Below are positions 1 through 7,085 of a DNA stretch of 24,000 nt, piece after piece; the first letter of the stretch is position 1, and every line of letters begins with the position of its first letter. Source of the stretch: Pseudomonas phage Littlefix; the sequence record MG775260.1, one strand, 5' to 3'. The notes under the pieces are model-generated. The model searched no databases. It was not told the DNA's origin and was given only the letters and a program-made list of their open reading frames with translations. The position numbers were made by a program, and so were the translations under genes.

Positions 1-151
1 GCTTGGTATTGAGATCAATAGTCGGACTTTGAATCCGACTACCTCCATCACGAATCTGATTGTCTTCCTCAGTACCCCACTTGGCCAACATACCAAGAGG
101 CTTATCGTCATCTTCTACCAGCCCAGTAGGGCGCCATTGGTTAGGAGTCAT
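1..151 (-). CDS. Partial hypothetical protein, continues off the left edge (MTPNQWRPTGLVEDDDKPLGMLAKWGTEEDNQIRDGG...)
   Basis: Reverse-strand ATG at 151..149 overlaps the TGA of the 148-864 ORF (ATGA overlap); open to the window edge. Confidence 0.7.
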   Translation of the reverse strand, partial: MTPNQWRPTGLVEDDDKPLGMLAKWGTEEDNQIRDGGSRIQSPTIDLNTK

Positions 152-864
152 ACCTGTTTCCCTGTGTCATTATCAAAAGTCAGAGAATGCTCGGCCACCC
201 CCACTGCTGTGGTGCGCTTCTGACGTATCTGCTCTTGCTGCATCTCTACCAATGCCATAGTAGATTCGTGCAAAGCCTTGATAGCATCGTTGGCTTCAGT
301 ACTAACATCAAGTTCAACCTTAGCTTTCTCAGGCATCTTCAGGTGCGTGAGGATACTATTAGCCGCATCAGTACGAACCTTCTCACTCTGTGCACTGACC
401 ATCAGTTCAGCCTGCACATTGAGCGCCTTCTGATACATATCTTGGTTTAAGATCCAAGATGGGATCAGACTCTGCTCCATAATGGCAGACACAAGCTTGC
501 CCTTGTTATAGGCAGTCACGTAGCTGGCAATATCCTTCGGGCTAACACCACGATTCACGAAGTCCTGATAACGATCAGGAAACGTAAGGGTATACGCCTC
601 AATGTTGGTCTTACCCATAACCTTATACGTGCAGTACTTAACAGCATTCACATAGCTCTCAAGCTTGTGCTTACCATCGTTCATTACACTCGTGTAACCG
701 ATCAGGTTCTCACGAAAGGTTTCATGCAAGTTCACATCGCTGATCATGTTGATCACACCAGCAACAACCTCCTTCGACACAGACTTCTTCATCTTGTCAG
801 GCAGAGCAGCCTTGAACTGTTCAACAGTCATCTGTTGTTCAGGGGTATACGGTACAAGGCTCAT
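148..864 (-). CDS. Hypothetical phage protein, 238 aa; a small-terminase-like role is possible but unproven
   Basis: Long ORF, ATGA-type coupling on both sides, helical C-terminus (LKMPEKAKVELDVSTEANDAIKALHESTMALVEMQQEQI). Confidence 0.8.
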   Translation of the reverse strand: MSLVPYTPEQQMTVEQFKAALPDKMKKSVSKEVVAGVINMISDVNLHETFRENLIGYTSVMNDGKHKLESYVNAVKYCTYKVMGKTNIEAYTLTFPDRYQDFVNRGVSPKDIASYVTAYNKGKLVSAIMEQSLIPSWILNQDMYQKALNVQAELMVSAQSEKVRTDAANSILTHLKMPEKAKVELDVSTEANDAIKALHESTMALVEMQQEQIRQKRTTAVGVAEHSLTFDNDTGKQV

Positions 865-1136
865 ACAGCCTCCTTGAATTCAAATAGATTATGTACGTCG
901 GCATCATCAATGTGCCAGACAGTGCAGCTTGCAGTACAGATCACCCAGTCTCCAGCGTACACAGGCCACCACCTGCCGGTGATTACCTTCACCTCAAAGG
1001 GGCTTCGCTCAGTAGGCAGCTTGGCATTGCCAGCCTTCACCACAGCTTCAAACCATGGAGGAATGGGGCCTAGTGGTCCCTTGTACTGGAAGCCCGTCAT
1101 AACCTGCCCAGTGCGCTTAGAAGTAAAGGCAGTCAT
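861..1136 (-). CDS. Hypothetical protein, 91 aa, with a GDWVI-like segment (VYAGDWVICTASC)
   Basis: ORF coupled by 4-nt overlaps to both neighbours. Confidence 0.75.
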   Translation of the reverse strand: MTAFTSKRTGQVMTGFQYKGPLGPIPPWFEAVVKAGNAKLPTERSPFEVKVITGRWWPVYAGDWVICTASCTVWHIDDADVHNLFEFKEAV

Positions 1137-1315
1137 TTGTATGGCTTCTGAAAAGTAAGTACATCGTCTTCAACAGTGAAGACAACACCAACAGGTACAA
1201 GCTCACCCTTGTAGGTCAGCTTACCTCGTTCATCGTAGTCAAAGTCTGTAGACCACATAGCCAGTATCTTGGTCACGGACTCAGCTGTGCCTGTGTATTC
1301 AACAGTAGTAGTCAT
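1133..1315 (-). CDS. Hypothetical protein, 60 aa
   Basis: ORF coupled by 4-nt overlaps. Confidence 0.7.
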   Translation of the reverse strand: MTTTVEYTGTAESVTKILAMWSTDFDYDERGKLTYKGELVPVGVVFTVEDDVLTFQKPYK

Positions 1316-1533
1316 TTGACCACCACTAGCACAGACGTGCGCTTAATCCAGACAGTCTGGCCAGGTTCAACATATAGGTCACCAGCAGGCAGCTCTATAC
1401 GAACATGACCAGTAGAACCTAGCTTAACGATGGACCAACCCTTACCAGCAGGGCCAAACCATTCAGTTAGGCAGTCAGTCAGGGCACTGAAGTTATCAGC
1501 AGAATACTGAAGTGTAGAAGCTGCGTGAGTCAT
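1312..1533 (-). CDS. Hypothetical protein, 73 aa, first gene of the minus-strand operon
   Basis: ORF with 4-nt overlap to the downstream gene; faces the divergent intergenic region. Confidence 0.7.
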   Translation of the reverse strand: MTHAASTLQYSADNFSALTDCLTEWFGPAGKGWSIVKLGSTGHVRIELPAGDLYVEPGQTVWIKRTSVLVVVK

Positions 1534-1761
1534 AGTTAACCTATAGGTAGAACATAGTTCGCCATAGTGTACAGGATTAAAAAAATTTTATGGGGAAATC
1601 GGGTTAGGGGAAATTTTATTGTTGGAAGACGAATGCAGTACTTAAGGTATGGGACCGTAAAACCGAAACCGTCCCCCCCTACCTCATCGTGAATGAGTTT
1701 TCTCATTACCCTACCCCACCTACGGTGCTGTCATGACTACCACCTCATGGATGTACTACCT
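1534..1761. promoter_or_regulatory. Probable divergent regulatory region between minus- and plus-strand operons
   Basis: Non-coding, AT-rich tract with direct repeats GGGGAAAT (1592-1599, 1607-1614) and palindrome ACCTATAGGT (about 1540-1549); separates divergent gene sets. Confidence 0.5.
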
Positions 1762-1836
1762 ATGAACTACTACGCTATTGCTGGTGCCTGTGCGCTAGCT
1801 ACTGTGTGTGTACTGTTGTACCTCATCGTACTGTAA
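1762..1836 (+). CDS. Possible 24-aa hydrophobic micropeptide MNYYAIAGACALATVCVLLYLIVL
   Basis: ATG-to-TAA ORF encoding an almost uninterrupted hydrophobic helix; no strong Shine-Dalgarno. Confidence 0.3.
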   Translation: MNYYAIAGACALATVCVLLYLIVL

Positions 1837-1846
1837 GGCTACGCCT
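1836..1846 (+). promoter_or_regulatory. Triloop hairpin AGGC-TAC-GCCT followed by ATGTAGTGG (copy 1 of 3)
   Basis: 4-bp stem, loop centre 51 nt upstream of ATG 1892; matches copies at 2677 and 7025. Confidence 0.45.
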
Positions 1847-1891
1847 ATGTAGTGGATACCATGTGGTGTCTACTACTCTGGAGTACTACCT

Positions 1892-2182
1892 ATGTTTGCA
1901 ATGATCCGTCAATTCTTCGCTATGTTCTCTTCCCTGTTCTCCGCAGGTGAGAAGCTGGCTAACGGCCTCAACCATGCTGCATCCTTCGTCGAAGGTGAAG
2001 CTGCTGGCTTCAACGAACGTACCTCTCTGGCTCGCTCCCAAGAGCTGAAGAAACTCCGTTCCATGTACACCATCGAAGATCGTGAGCTTGCTGCTGCTGA
2101 CGCTATCTCCGCTCGTGACCTCGACAAAACCCTGCGTGAAACTGCCGTAAAACAAGGTAAAGCCGCTACTGCTGCTGCCTAA
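1892..2182 (+). CDS. Hypothetical protein, 96 aa, helical
   Basis: ORF in the plus-strand operon. Confidence 0.7.
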   Translation: MFAMIRQFFAMFSSLFSAGEKLANGLNHAASFVEGEAAGFNERTSLARSQELKKLRSMYTIEDRELAAADAISARDLDKTLRETAVKQGKAATAAA

Positions 2183-2188
2183 TCCACC

Positions 2189-2212
2189 TTAGGGGGACTT
2201 CGGTCCTCCTAT
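2189..2212 (+). other. Strong hairpin TAGGGGGAC-TTCG-GTCCTCCTA without a U-tract
   Basis: 9-bp stem (one GU) with TTCG tetraloop between CDS 1892-2182 and 2234-2425; coordinates approximate to a few nt. Confidence 0.6.
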
Positions 2213-2233
2213 CCATAATCTAGGAGTATATCC

Positions 2234-2425
2234 ATGCGTACTATCATCGCTATCCTTGCTGGCATTGCTATCTTCATGTATGCCGATCTCGCTCTATCCT
2301 ATGAGCTTATTGGCTATGGCCTCACACCTTACATCGCTGTACCTGCAATCATCGCTATCTTAGCCATGACTACCTTTGCGTTCTGCGCTGAACACAAACG
2401 CTTCATGTTCAACCTCTCCAACTAA
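2234..2425 (+). CDS. Small membrane protein, 63 aa, two predicted TM segments
   Basis: Hydrophobic segments IIAILAGIAIFMYADLAL and YIAVPAIIAILAMTTFAF; upstream TAGGAGTATATCC. Confidence 0.7.
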   Translation: MRTIIAILAGIAIFMYADLALSYELIGYGLTPYIAVPAIIAILAMTTFAFCAEHKRFMFNLSN

Positions 2426-2458
2426 CCTCATTCCTTCGGGAGTGGGGTTATCCCTTTT
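2424..2458 (+). terminator. Candidate intrinsic terminator: AACCTCATTCC-TTCG-GGAGTGGGGTT then ATCCCTTTT
   Basis: 11-bp stem with GU pairs, TTCG tetraloop, weak T-tract, directly after the CDS stop. Confidence 0.55.
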
Positions 2459-2571
2459 AAAAGCACACAACACGTCACACAACCAACACACATCGTAGAC
2501 AGTAGGATTATCAAGGGGATAGTTATTCATAAGTCATCTCCTAATCACTCTAGTGATCCTACATACGAGAG

Positions 2572-2641
2572 ATAGGTAGGGATATTCGGGGCAAAGTAGT
2601 ACTTGTGTGGTACATCCTCCCAATTCCGATATCCTACCTAT
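2572..2641. repeat. Imperfect inverted repeat ATAGGTAGGGATATTCGG ... CCGATATCCTACCTAT
   Basis: Arms 2572-2589 and 2626-2641 complementary apart from small bulges; non-coding region. Confidence 0.5.
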
Positions 2642-2676
2642 GTACATCCTCAATTCCGGTATTCACCGATAAACTA

Positions 2677-2687
2677 AAGCTACGCTT
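2677..2687 (+). promoter_or_regulatory. Triloop hairpin AAGC-TAC-GCTT followed by CTGTAATGG (copy 2 of 3)
   Basis: 4-bp stem, loop centre 48 nt upstream of ATG 2730. Confidence 0.45.
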
Positions 2688-2729
2688 CTGTAATGGTATT
2701 TATATAGTCCATTCTGAGGTGTTATCACT

Positions 2730-2942
2730 ATGTCTTTGACTCTTATCCTCCTGCCTTGCATTCATGCATCCGATACAACCATTGAGCTGCCGGTCTCTGA
2801 TCGTGCTCAAGCTGTTGCAGTGGTTCAGGCATATGGTATTGACCGTCTGGATCATGCGGCTCTTGTGCGCTATCACAAGGACGTTACAGACGGTTCTCCA
2901 TACGAAGAACTCATGACCCTTCACGATTTCATTACTGCTTAA
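2730..2942 (+). CDS. Hypothetical protein, 70 aa
   Basis: ORF with GAGGTG upstream. Confidence 0.65.
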   Translation: MSLTLILLPCIHASDTTIELPVSDRAQAVAVVQAYGIDRLDHAALVRYHKDVTDGSPYEELMTLHDFITA

Positions 2943-2951
2943 GAGGTGTAT

Positions 2952-3233
2952 ATGTCCACTCTTCCAGATGTACCAAATAACAAGATCGTATCCATTCACG
3001 TGCAAACCACGCGTCTTACTGGCGCTGGTGTTGAGGTCATCTCTTATCGTGATAAGGGTGATAAGGCTACTCACTGGTCTATCTATCTGCGTAAGGCAGA
3101 TGGTTCGGTAGTGTGGGTAAGTGACATTCCAATTGGTACTGGTCACCGTGCCAATAACTACTACAGTGAAGCCGTGCTTGCAGCTGCCAAGTTGTCTATG
3201 GAGCATAAGGCGTTCATAGAACAAATCCAATAA
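2952..3233 (+). CDS. Hypothetical protein, 93 aa
   Basis: ATG 2952 preceded by AGAGGTGTAT; preferred over the GTG at 2946. Confidence 0.7.
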   Translation: MSTLPDVPNNKIVSIHVQTTRLTGAGVEVISYRDKGDKATHWSIYLRKADGSVVWVSDIPIGTGHRANNYYSEAVLAAAKLSMEHKAFIEQIQ

Positions 3234-3238
3234 GTCTT

Positions 3239-3457
3239 ATGGCTAAGACTAAATGGTATTTCATTGACGACAATGGGGATGTTCAAGTTAGTTATGACTT
3301 GAATTCCTTATGCCATACAGGCTACAGACAAGCTATGCATGGAGCTACTTACGATCCACATTGGCGTCGTAAGGACATAGACAGAATATCTTCTGTTTAT
3401 ATAGAAAATACTGAAGTCCCTCAACTAATCTTAATGGCTCATTTAATAGGTGTATAA
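3239..3457 (+). CDS. Small protein, 72 aa, C-terminal MAHLIGV (LIG-tail family)
   Basis: ORF; C-terminus EVPQLILMAHLIGV matches the 8.2-10.5 kb family. Confidence 0.75.
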   Translation: MAKTKWYFIDDNGDVQVSYDLNSLCHTGYRQAMHGATYDPHWRRKDIDRISSVYIENTEVPQLILMAHLIGV

Positions 3458-3459
3458 CC

Positions 3460-3897
3460 ATGGCTGCTCGCGTAAATAACTATCACGTTGTAATCACCAC
3501 TGCTATTGCTACCTTTGCAATGTCACGCCCTATTCAGGATAGTCCTGATATGGTCAATTGGGTGGCTAAGCAGATTTCTGAAACCAACAATGCTGATGTA
3601 AGCATTTACCTTAATGGTGTGTGCAAGGCTCAGCATAAAGTATTTGCAGATGGTCATGTACCAGCTGTATGGACTCACACTCCACTGCCTGTTGGTATGG
3701 CCGCTGCTGCACTTCAAACCAAGTTTGAAGAACGCGCTGCTGTTGTACTGGGTGATGCTGACTCAGGCACCAACTTCGCTTTGTGGAAGTCAGGAACTCA
3801 TAGCAATGCGGACAATCGTTACATTGATCCAACTGTGCGTGCTGCTTGGATGATGTATGTCGATCAAGCCATCGAACACTTCGTCGCTACTAAATAA
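3460..3897 (+). CDS. Hypothetical protein, 145 aa
   Basis: ORF directly downstream of 3457. Confidence 0.8.
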   Translation: MAARVNNYHVVITTAIATFAMSRPIQDSPDMVNWVAKQISETNNADVSIYLNGVCKAQHKVFADGHVPAVWTHTPLPVGMAAAALQTKFEERAAVVLGDADSGTNFALWKSGTHSNADNRYIDPTVRAAWMMYVDQAIEHFVATK

Positions 3898-3908
3898 GGA
3901 GATACACC

Positions 3909-4229
3909 ATGGTTGCTACTCAATTGCCTAAAGGCTGCAAGTTCGTTCGTATGGAAGATGCCGGTCGCTTTGCGCTGCCTCCTGAAGCCATCGTGGTACA
4001 TGCTGGTCTCATTGATGAATTGGTGAAAGGTGATTATGTAAAGATCACCGTTGACTTCGGTGAAGCCAGTGAGAAGTTCTGGTGTGACCTGATGGGTTAT
4101 GACCCTGAAACAGGGCTCATGGAACTGCGTGTAGCCAATGATTTGGTGTACGCCAAGTTCCATGGGCTTGATGATGGTCACATCATCATAGTTGAAAAAC
4201 AATACCTCTGTGCTGCTATCAAGGAGTAA
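3909..4229 (+). CDS. Hypothetical protein, 106 aa
   Basis: ORF with AAGGAG upstream. Confidence 0.8.
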   Translation: MVATQLPKGCKFVRMEDAGRFALPPEAIVVHAGLIDELVKGDYVKITVDFGEASEKFWCDLMGYDPETGLMELRVANDLVYAKFHGLDDGHIIIVEKQYLCAAIKE

Positions 4230-4232
4230 ACC

Positions 4233-4526
4233 ATGATCCTGTCTGCCCTGATGTATGTCTGCATTCAAACTGCGGATGGCAACCGTGAGTGTGATGTTCG
4301 TGCTTCGCGTCGAGTTGACGTAGTAAGTGAAGACAGTTGCACTAAGCAACTCAACACTGCTGTAGTTGAGTTAGTTAAACATACACTCAAAGAAGAAGGA
4401 GGTACTGTAATTACCAAGACGTATGTTAAATGCATGCGGATTGGAGACTATACAGCCTCACTCCGTGAGGTTCCTGTAACGCTGGAGAGCTTAGGCTACT
4501 CCACAGTCGTACTATCCTTCTTCTGA
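4233..4526 (+). CDS. Hypothetical protein, 97 aa
   Basis: ORF with AAGGAG upstream. Confidence 0.75.
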   Translation: MILSALMYVCIQTADGNRECDVRASRRVDVVSEDSCTKQLNTAVVELVKHTLKEEGGTVITKTYVKCMRIGDYTASLREVPVTLESLGYSTVVLSFF

Positions 4527-4536
4527 GGTACTTAAT

Positions 4537-4737
4537 ATGGATGCCGGTAAAATACTTTTGTTCGGGGTACTTATGTGCCTCGGACTGGTAGCCTCTACCA
4601 TCGAAGTTCAAAAAGTGGATGCAGGTGGCAATAAACCAATTGAGTTGGTGTATGGCCCTGATATCCACGGTGTAGTTTGTTATCGCGATGCGCGTAACTC
4701 CTACGGTGATCCACTTTCCTGCGTAAAAGCGTACTAA
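4537..4737 (+). CDS. Small protein, 66 aa, N-terminal signal/TM-like segment
   Basis: MDAGKILLFGVLMCLGLVAS hydrophobic start. Confidence 0.65.
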   Translation: MDAGKILLFGVLMCLGLVASTIEVQKVDAGGNKPIELVYGPDIHGVVCYRDARNSYGDPLSCVKAY

Positions 4738-4738
4738 G

Positions 4739-4918
4739 ATGGTTACTGCAATTTGCGTAGGACTACTACTCTGGCTGATATTCATCGGCTGGGTAGTAGT
4801 CACTGGTGATGATCGGCCAGAGGATGTTCCTTCAATCTTCCTGTTGTTGGTTATCAGCGTCTCATTCTGTGTTGTTGTTCAACACTTCGGTTCAATGCTT
4901 ATTGGAGCAATAGCATGA
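4739..4918 (+). CDS. Small two-TM protein, 59 aa (MVTAICVGLLLWLIFIGWVVV...FGSMLIGAIA)
   Basis: Absent from the supplied ORF track, which starts at 60 aa; ATG 4739, TGA 4916-4918 overlaps ATG 4915 of the next gene; fills an otherwise empty gap. Confidence 0.7.
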   Translation: MVTAICVGLLLWLIFIGWVVVTGDDRPEDVPSIFLLLVISVSFCVVVQHFGSMLIGAIA

Positions 4919-5295
4919 TCTTCGTATTCGGTAGTAACTTGGCTGGTCGCCATGGTGCAGGTGCAGCAGCGTATGCATATAACCATGAGGGTGCTGTATA
5001 TGGTCAAGGCATTGGCCACTTTGGTAATAGCTATGCTATTCCAACCAAAGACCACAACATCCAAACCATGGAGCTGGTGGACATTCAACAATGTGTTGAG
5101 TTGTTCATTCAGTATGCTGAGTTGAACCCTGACCTTAAGTTCAAGGTAACTCGCATTGGCTGTGGTCTGGCTGGCTACAAGGACGAGGACATTGCACCAA
5201 TGTTCTCTAAAGCACCATCCAACTGCTGGTTCGATCAAGTATGGTTTACGCACTTGCCTGAACCTAACAGCCGTAACTACTGGGGCACCATGTAA
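4915..5295 (+). CDS. A1S_2505-family phage non-structural protein, macro-like
   Basis: MIFVFGSNLAGRHGAGAAAYA...GAVYGQGIGHFGNSYAIPTKD...VTRIGCGLAGYKDEDIAPMF, recognisable family signature. Confidence 0.85.
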   Translation: MIFVFGSNLAGRHGAGAAAYAYNHEGAVYGQGIGHFGNSYAIPTKDHNIQTMELVDIQQCVELFIQYAELNPDLKFKVTRIGCGLAGYKDEDIAPMFSKAPSNCWFDQVWFTHLPEPNSRNYWGTM

Positions 5296-5498
5296 TGGAT
5301 AAAGCCCACATAGTTATGTATGCCTTAGCGGTGTACGGTCTGTTAACCATGATCCTAAGTTTTCTTGTATGGCTGGGTGAGTGCAATAACTTCGAAGAAG
5401 CCAAACCAGATGTATGCATGAGCAACTTCTGGAAATGGGGATTTGTGATCACTTTGATCATCATTGTGATCGCATTCCTCATTGGCCCACCGGAGTAA
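5295..5498 (+). CDS. Small membrane protein, 67 aa, two TM segments
   Basis: Hydrophobic segments YALAVYGLLTMILSFLVWL and FVITLIIIVIAFLI. Confidence 0.75.
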   Translation: MDKAHIVMYALAVYGLLTMILSFLVWLGECNNFEEAKPDVCMSNFWKWGFVITLIIIVIAFLIGPPE

Positions 5499-5500
5499 AT

Positions 5501-5782
5501 ATGCAGCTACCTCAGTTGTACAGCAAGCTCACGTACGTACAGAGACGTATGGTGCGTGAGCAGTACATGGAGTTGCAGCATAACCTGTGCTACTGGTGTC
5601 GTGGCCACTTGTGGGAACCACCACCAGAGCGCATCTTGAACACGCCAATTAACTTGGCATTGTTCCCGCCCAACTTCCTCAAACATCCAATTCATTTACA
5701 ACATAACCACAAGACTGACGAGACAGAAGGTGCAGTTCATGCACGCTGTAACGCAGTGATGTGGCAATACCATGGGAGATAA
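5501..5782 (+). CDS. HNH/endonuclease VII-like protein, 93 aa
   Basis: CYWC...HLQHNHKTDETEGAVHARCNAVMWQYHG resembles the HNH/endo VII pattern; start chosen after GGAGTAAAT. Confidence 0.55.
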   Translation: MQLPQLYSKLTYVQRRMVREQYMELQHNLCYWCRGHLWEPPPERILNTPINLALFPPNFLKHPIHLQHNHKTDETEGAVHARCNAVMWQYHGR

Positions 5783-5785
5783 ACC

Positions 5786-6199
5786 ATGATTCATTGCAAC
5801 TGTGCTACCTGCCGATTGAATGGCTATCAAGGGCGTTCATACATTGAGTACAGTGGGCAGAATTACTGTACTGCCCATCCTCAATACATCAGCATCAAGC
5901 GTTACAAGCAGGCTCTTGATCTGCTTGGTGCACCTAAACCAGACACTGACTGGTATTCGAAGGTACATGTACCTGTGGTACAGACGCCTAAACCCAAACC
6001 TAAACCAGTGTTACACACCTACGTGTTGAGCTTTCGTGATGCTCGTGGAGTAGAGCAAGACTGGTTCATTAAGTCTGACTGTGACGAAGATGCTTGTAAT
6101 CAAGCACAAGCTTTCATGAAGTGCCTACCCTTCTGTAACTCACCTTTCACTCTCATTCGTGAGACTGAAGTACGGCTACTTCAAGTACTCAACCGATAA
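5786..6199 (+). CDS. Hypothetical protein, 137 aa, Cys-rich N-terminus (possible zinc-binding) and PKPKPKP linker
   Basis: ORF; CNCATC...C-x2-H pattern. Confidence 0.75.
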   Translation: MIHCNCATCRLNGYQGRSYIEYSGQNYCTAHPQYISIKRYKQALDLLGAPKPDTDWYSKVHVPVVQTPKPKPKPVLHTYVLSFRDARGVEQDWFIKSDCDEDACNQAQAFMKCLPFCNSPFTLIRETEVRLLQVLNR

Positions 6200-6202
6200 T
6201 AT

Positions 6203-6226
6203 AAAGTACTCAAAATGAGTATTTTT
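6203..6226 (+). terminator. AT-rich candidate terminator AAAGTACTCA-AAA-TGAGTATTTTT
   Basis: 10-bp stem with 3-nt loop and T-run, 4 nt after the stop of 5786-6199. Confidence 0.55.
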
Positions 6227-6243
6227 GACTAAGAATCCGATAG

Positions 6244-6268
6244 GGCAACCGAGGTAGTTTCGGTTGTC
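6244..6268. promoter_or_regulatory. Inverted repeat GGCAACCGA-GGTAGTT-TCGGTTGTC, possible operator
   Basis: 9-bp arms (one GU if RNA, one mismatch as DNA) 26 nt upstream of the HTH gene. Confidence 0.45.
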
Positions 6269-6293
6269 GGAGATACTCTAAATGGGGTGTGTT

Positions 6294-6566
6294 ATGACCG
6301 TAATGAAGAACGACTTTGCTTGTGCTGAGTTGAACAACCGTAAGATTGAGTTGATCGAACTGCTGCAACGTCATATGGAAGCACGTCGTCGCTTCCGTAA
6401 AGTGTCTGTGGCAACCATGGGCGAAGAACTGGGTGTCGGTGAACGTACTGCTGCCAAGGTACTGGCTGGCCACTTTCTCGACTTGTCGATGGATATCCTG
6501 TTCTGCATGAGTGTTCGTGCAGGACTCACTGTAACCGTAAGCACTCGTGCAATCGTAAGGAGCTAA
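6294..6566 (+). CDS. Small helix-turn-helix (XRE-like) DNA-binding regulator, 90 aa
   Basis: VSVATMGEELGVGERTAAKVLAGHFLDLSMDILFCMSVRAGLTVTV fits small XRE-like domains; ATG 6294 preceded by GGGGTG. Confidence 0.6.
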   Translation: MTVMKNDFACAELNNRKIELIELLQRHMEARRRFRKVSVATMGEELGVGERTAAKVLAGHFLDLSMDILFCMSVRAGLTVTVSTRAIVRS

Positions 6567-6569
6567 ACC

Positions 6570-6797
6570 ATGCTTGTTCAATATGTACTGGCGTTCGTCG
6601 CAGTGATCCAGATGTTCCTGATCTTGGCACTGTTCAAGCGTGTAGAGCTTCATCGTAAGCTTCATATGCGTGGTGCTGAAGCTGGTGTAAAACTGGCCAT
6701 GGCCTGTATGGCTATGGGTGCCGATGTAATTAAACTCAAGAAAAAGGTTGGTATCGATGGCGATCAACAACAAAGCACTACAGATCATAAAGAATAA
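6570..6797 (+). CDS. Small membrane-anchored protein, 75 aa
   Basis: N-terminal hydrophobic MLVQYVLAFVAVIQMFLILALF. Confidence 0.7.
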   Translation: MLVQYVLAFVAVIQMFLILALFKRVELHRKLHMRGAEAGVKLAMACMAMGADVIKLKKKVGIDGDQQQSTTDHKE

Positions 6798-7017
6798 CAC
6801 CCACCTGCCTCCAAGCATTCTTCAGAATGTGCTGCAAGCACAGGGACAGATCGTGCCATTGGGCCAGATCTCCGAGATCATTGAAGCCATCAAAGAGCAC
6901 GATCAAGTGCACACAGTGACCTCACCGAAAGGTCTTAAGGTGAACATCAGTGACATGGATACCATCCTCCAATACGCATTGGCTGGTGGTATGCCTCGAG
7001 AACTGTTGCGTAAGTGA
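6757..7017 (+). CDS. Hypothetical protein, 86 aa
   Basis: ORF overlapping the previous gene by 41 nt; ATG 6757 preferred over TTG 6748. Confidence 0.65.
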   Translation: MAINNKALQIIKNNTHLPPSILQNVLQAQGQIVPLGQISEIIEAIKEHDQVHTVTSPKGLKVNISDMDTILQYALAGGMPRELLRK

Positions 7018-7024
7018 TATCGCT

Positions 7025-7037
7025 GGGGCTACGCCCC
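7025..7037 (+). promoter_or_regulatory. Triloop hairpin GGGGC-TAC-GCCCC followed by TGTAAAGG (copy 3 of 3)
   Basis: 5-bp GC stem, loop centre 55 nt upstream of ATG 7086. Confidence 0.5.
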
Positions 7038-7085
7038 TGTAAAGGCAATCATGCCATCAAATATTTATCCGTAAGGAGAGCCATC

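Noticed and set aside
667-1158. 163-aa plus-strand ORF
   Set aside because: Opposes three coupled minus-strand genes, with no Shine-Dalgarno or recognisable domain.
2700-3230. 176-aa minus-strand ORF
   Set aside because: Opposite two coupled plus-strand genes with good start signals.
5414-5500. Upstream extension of the 5501-5782 ORF
   Set aside because: Overlaps the 5295-5498 gene; ATG 5501 has GGAG at proper spacing.
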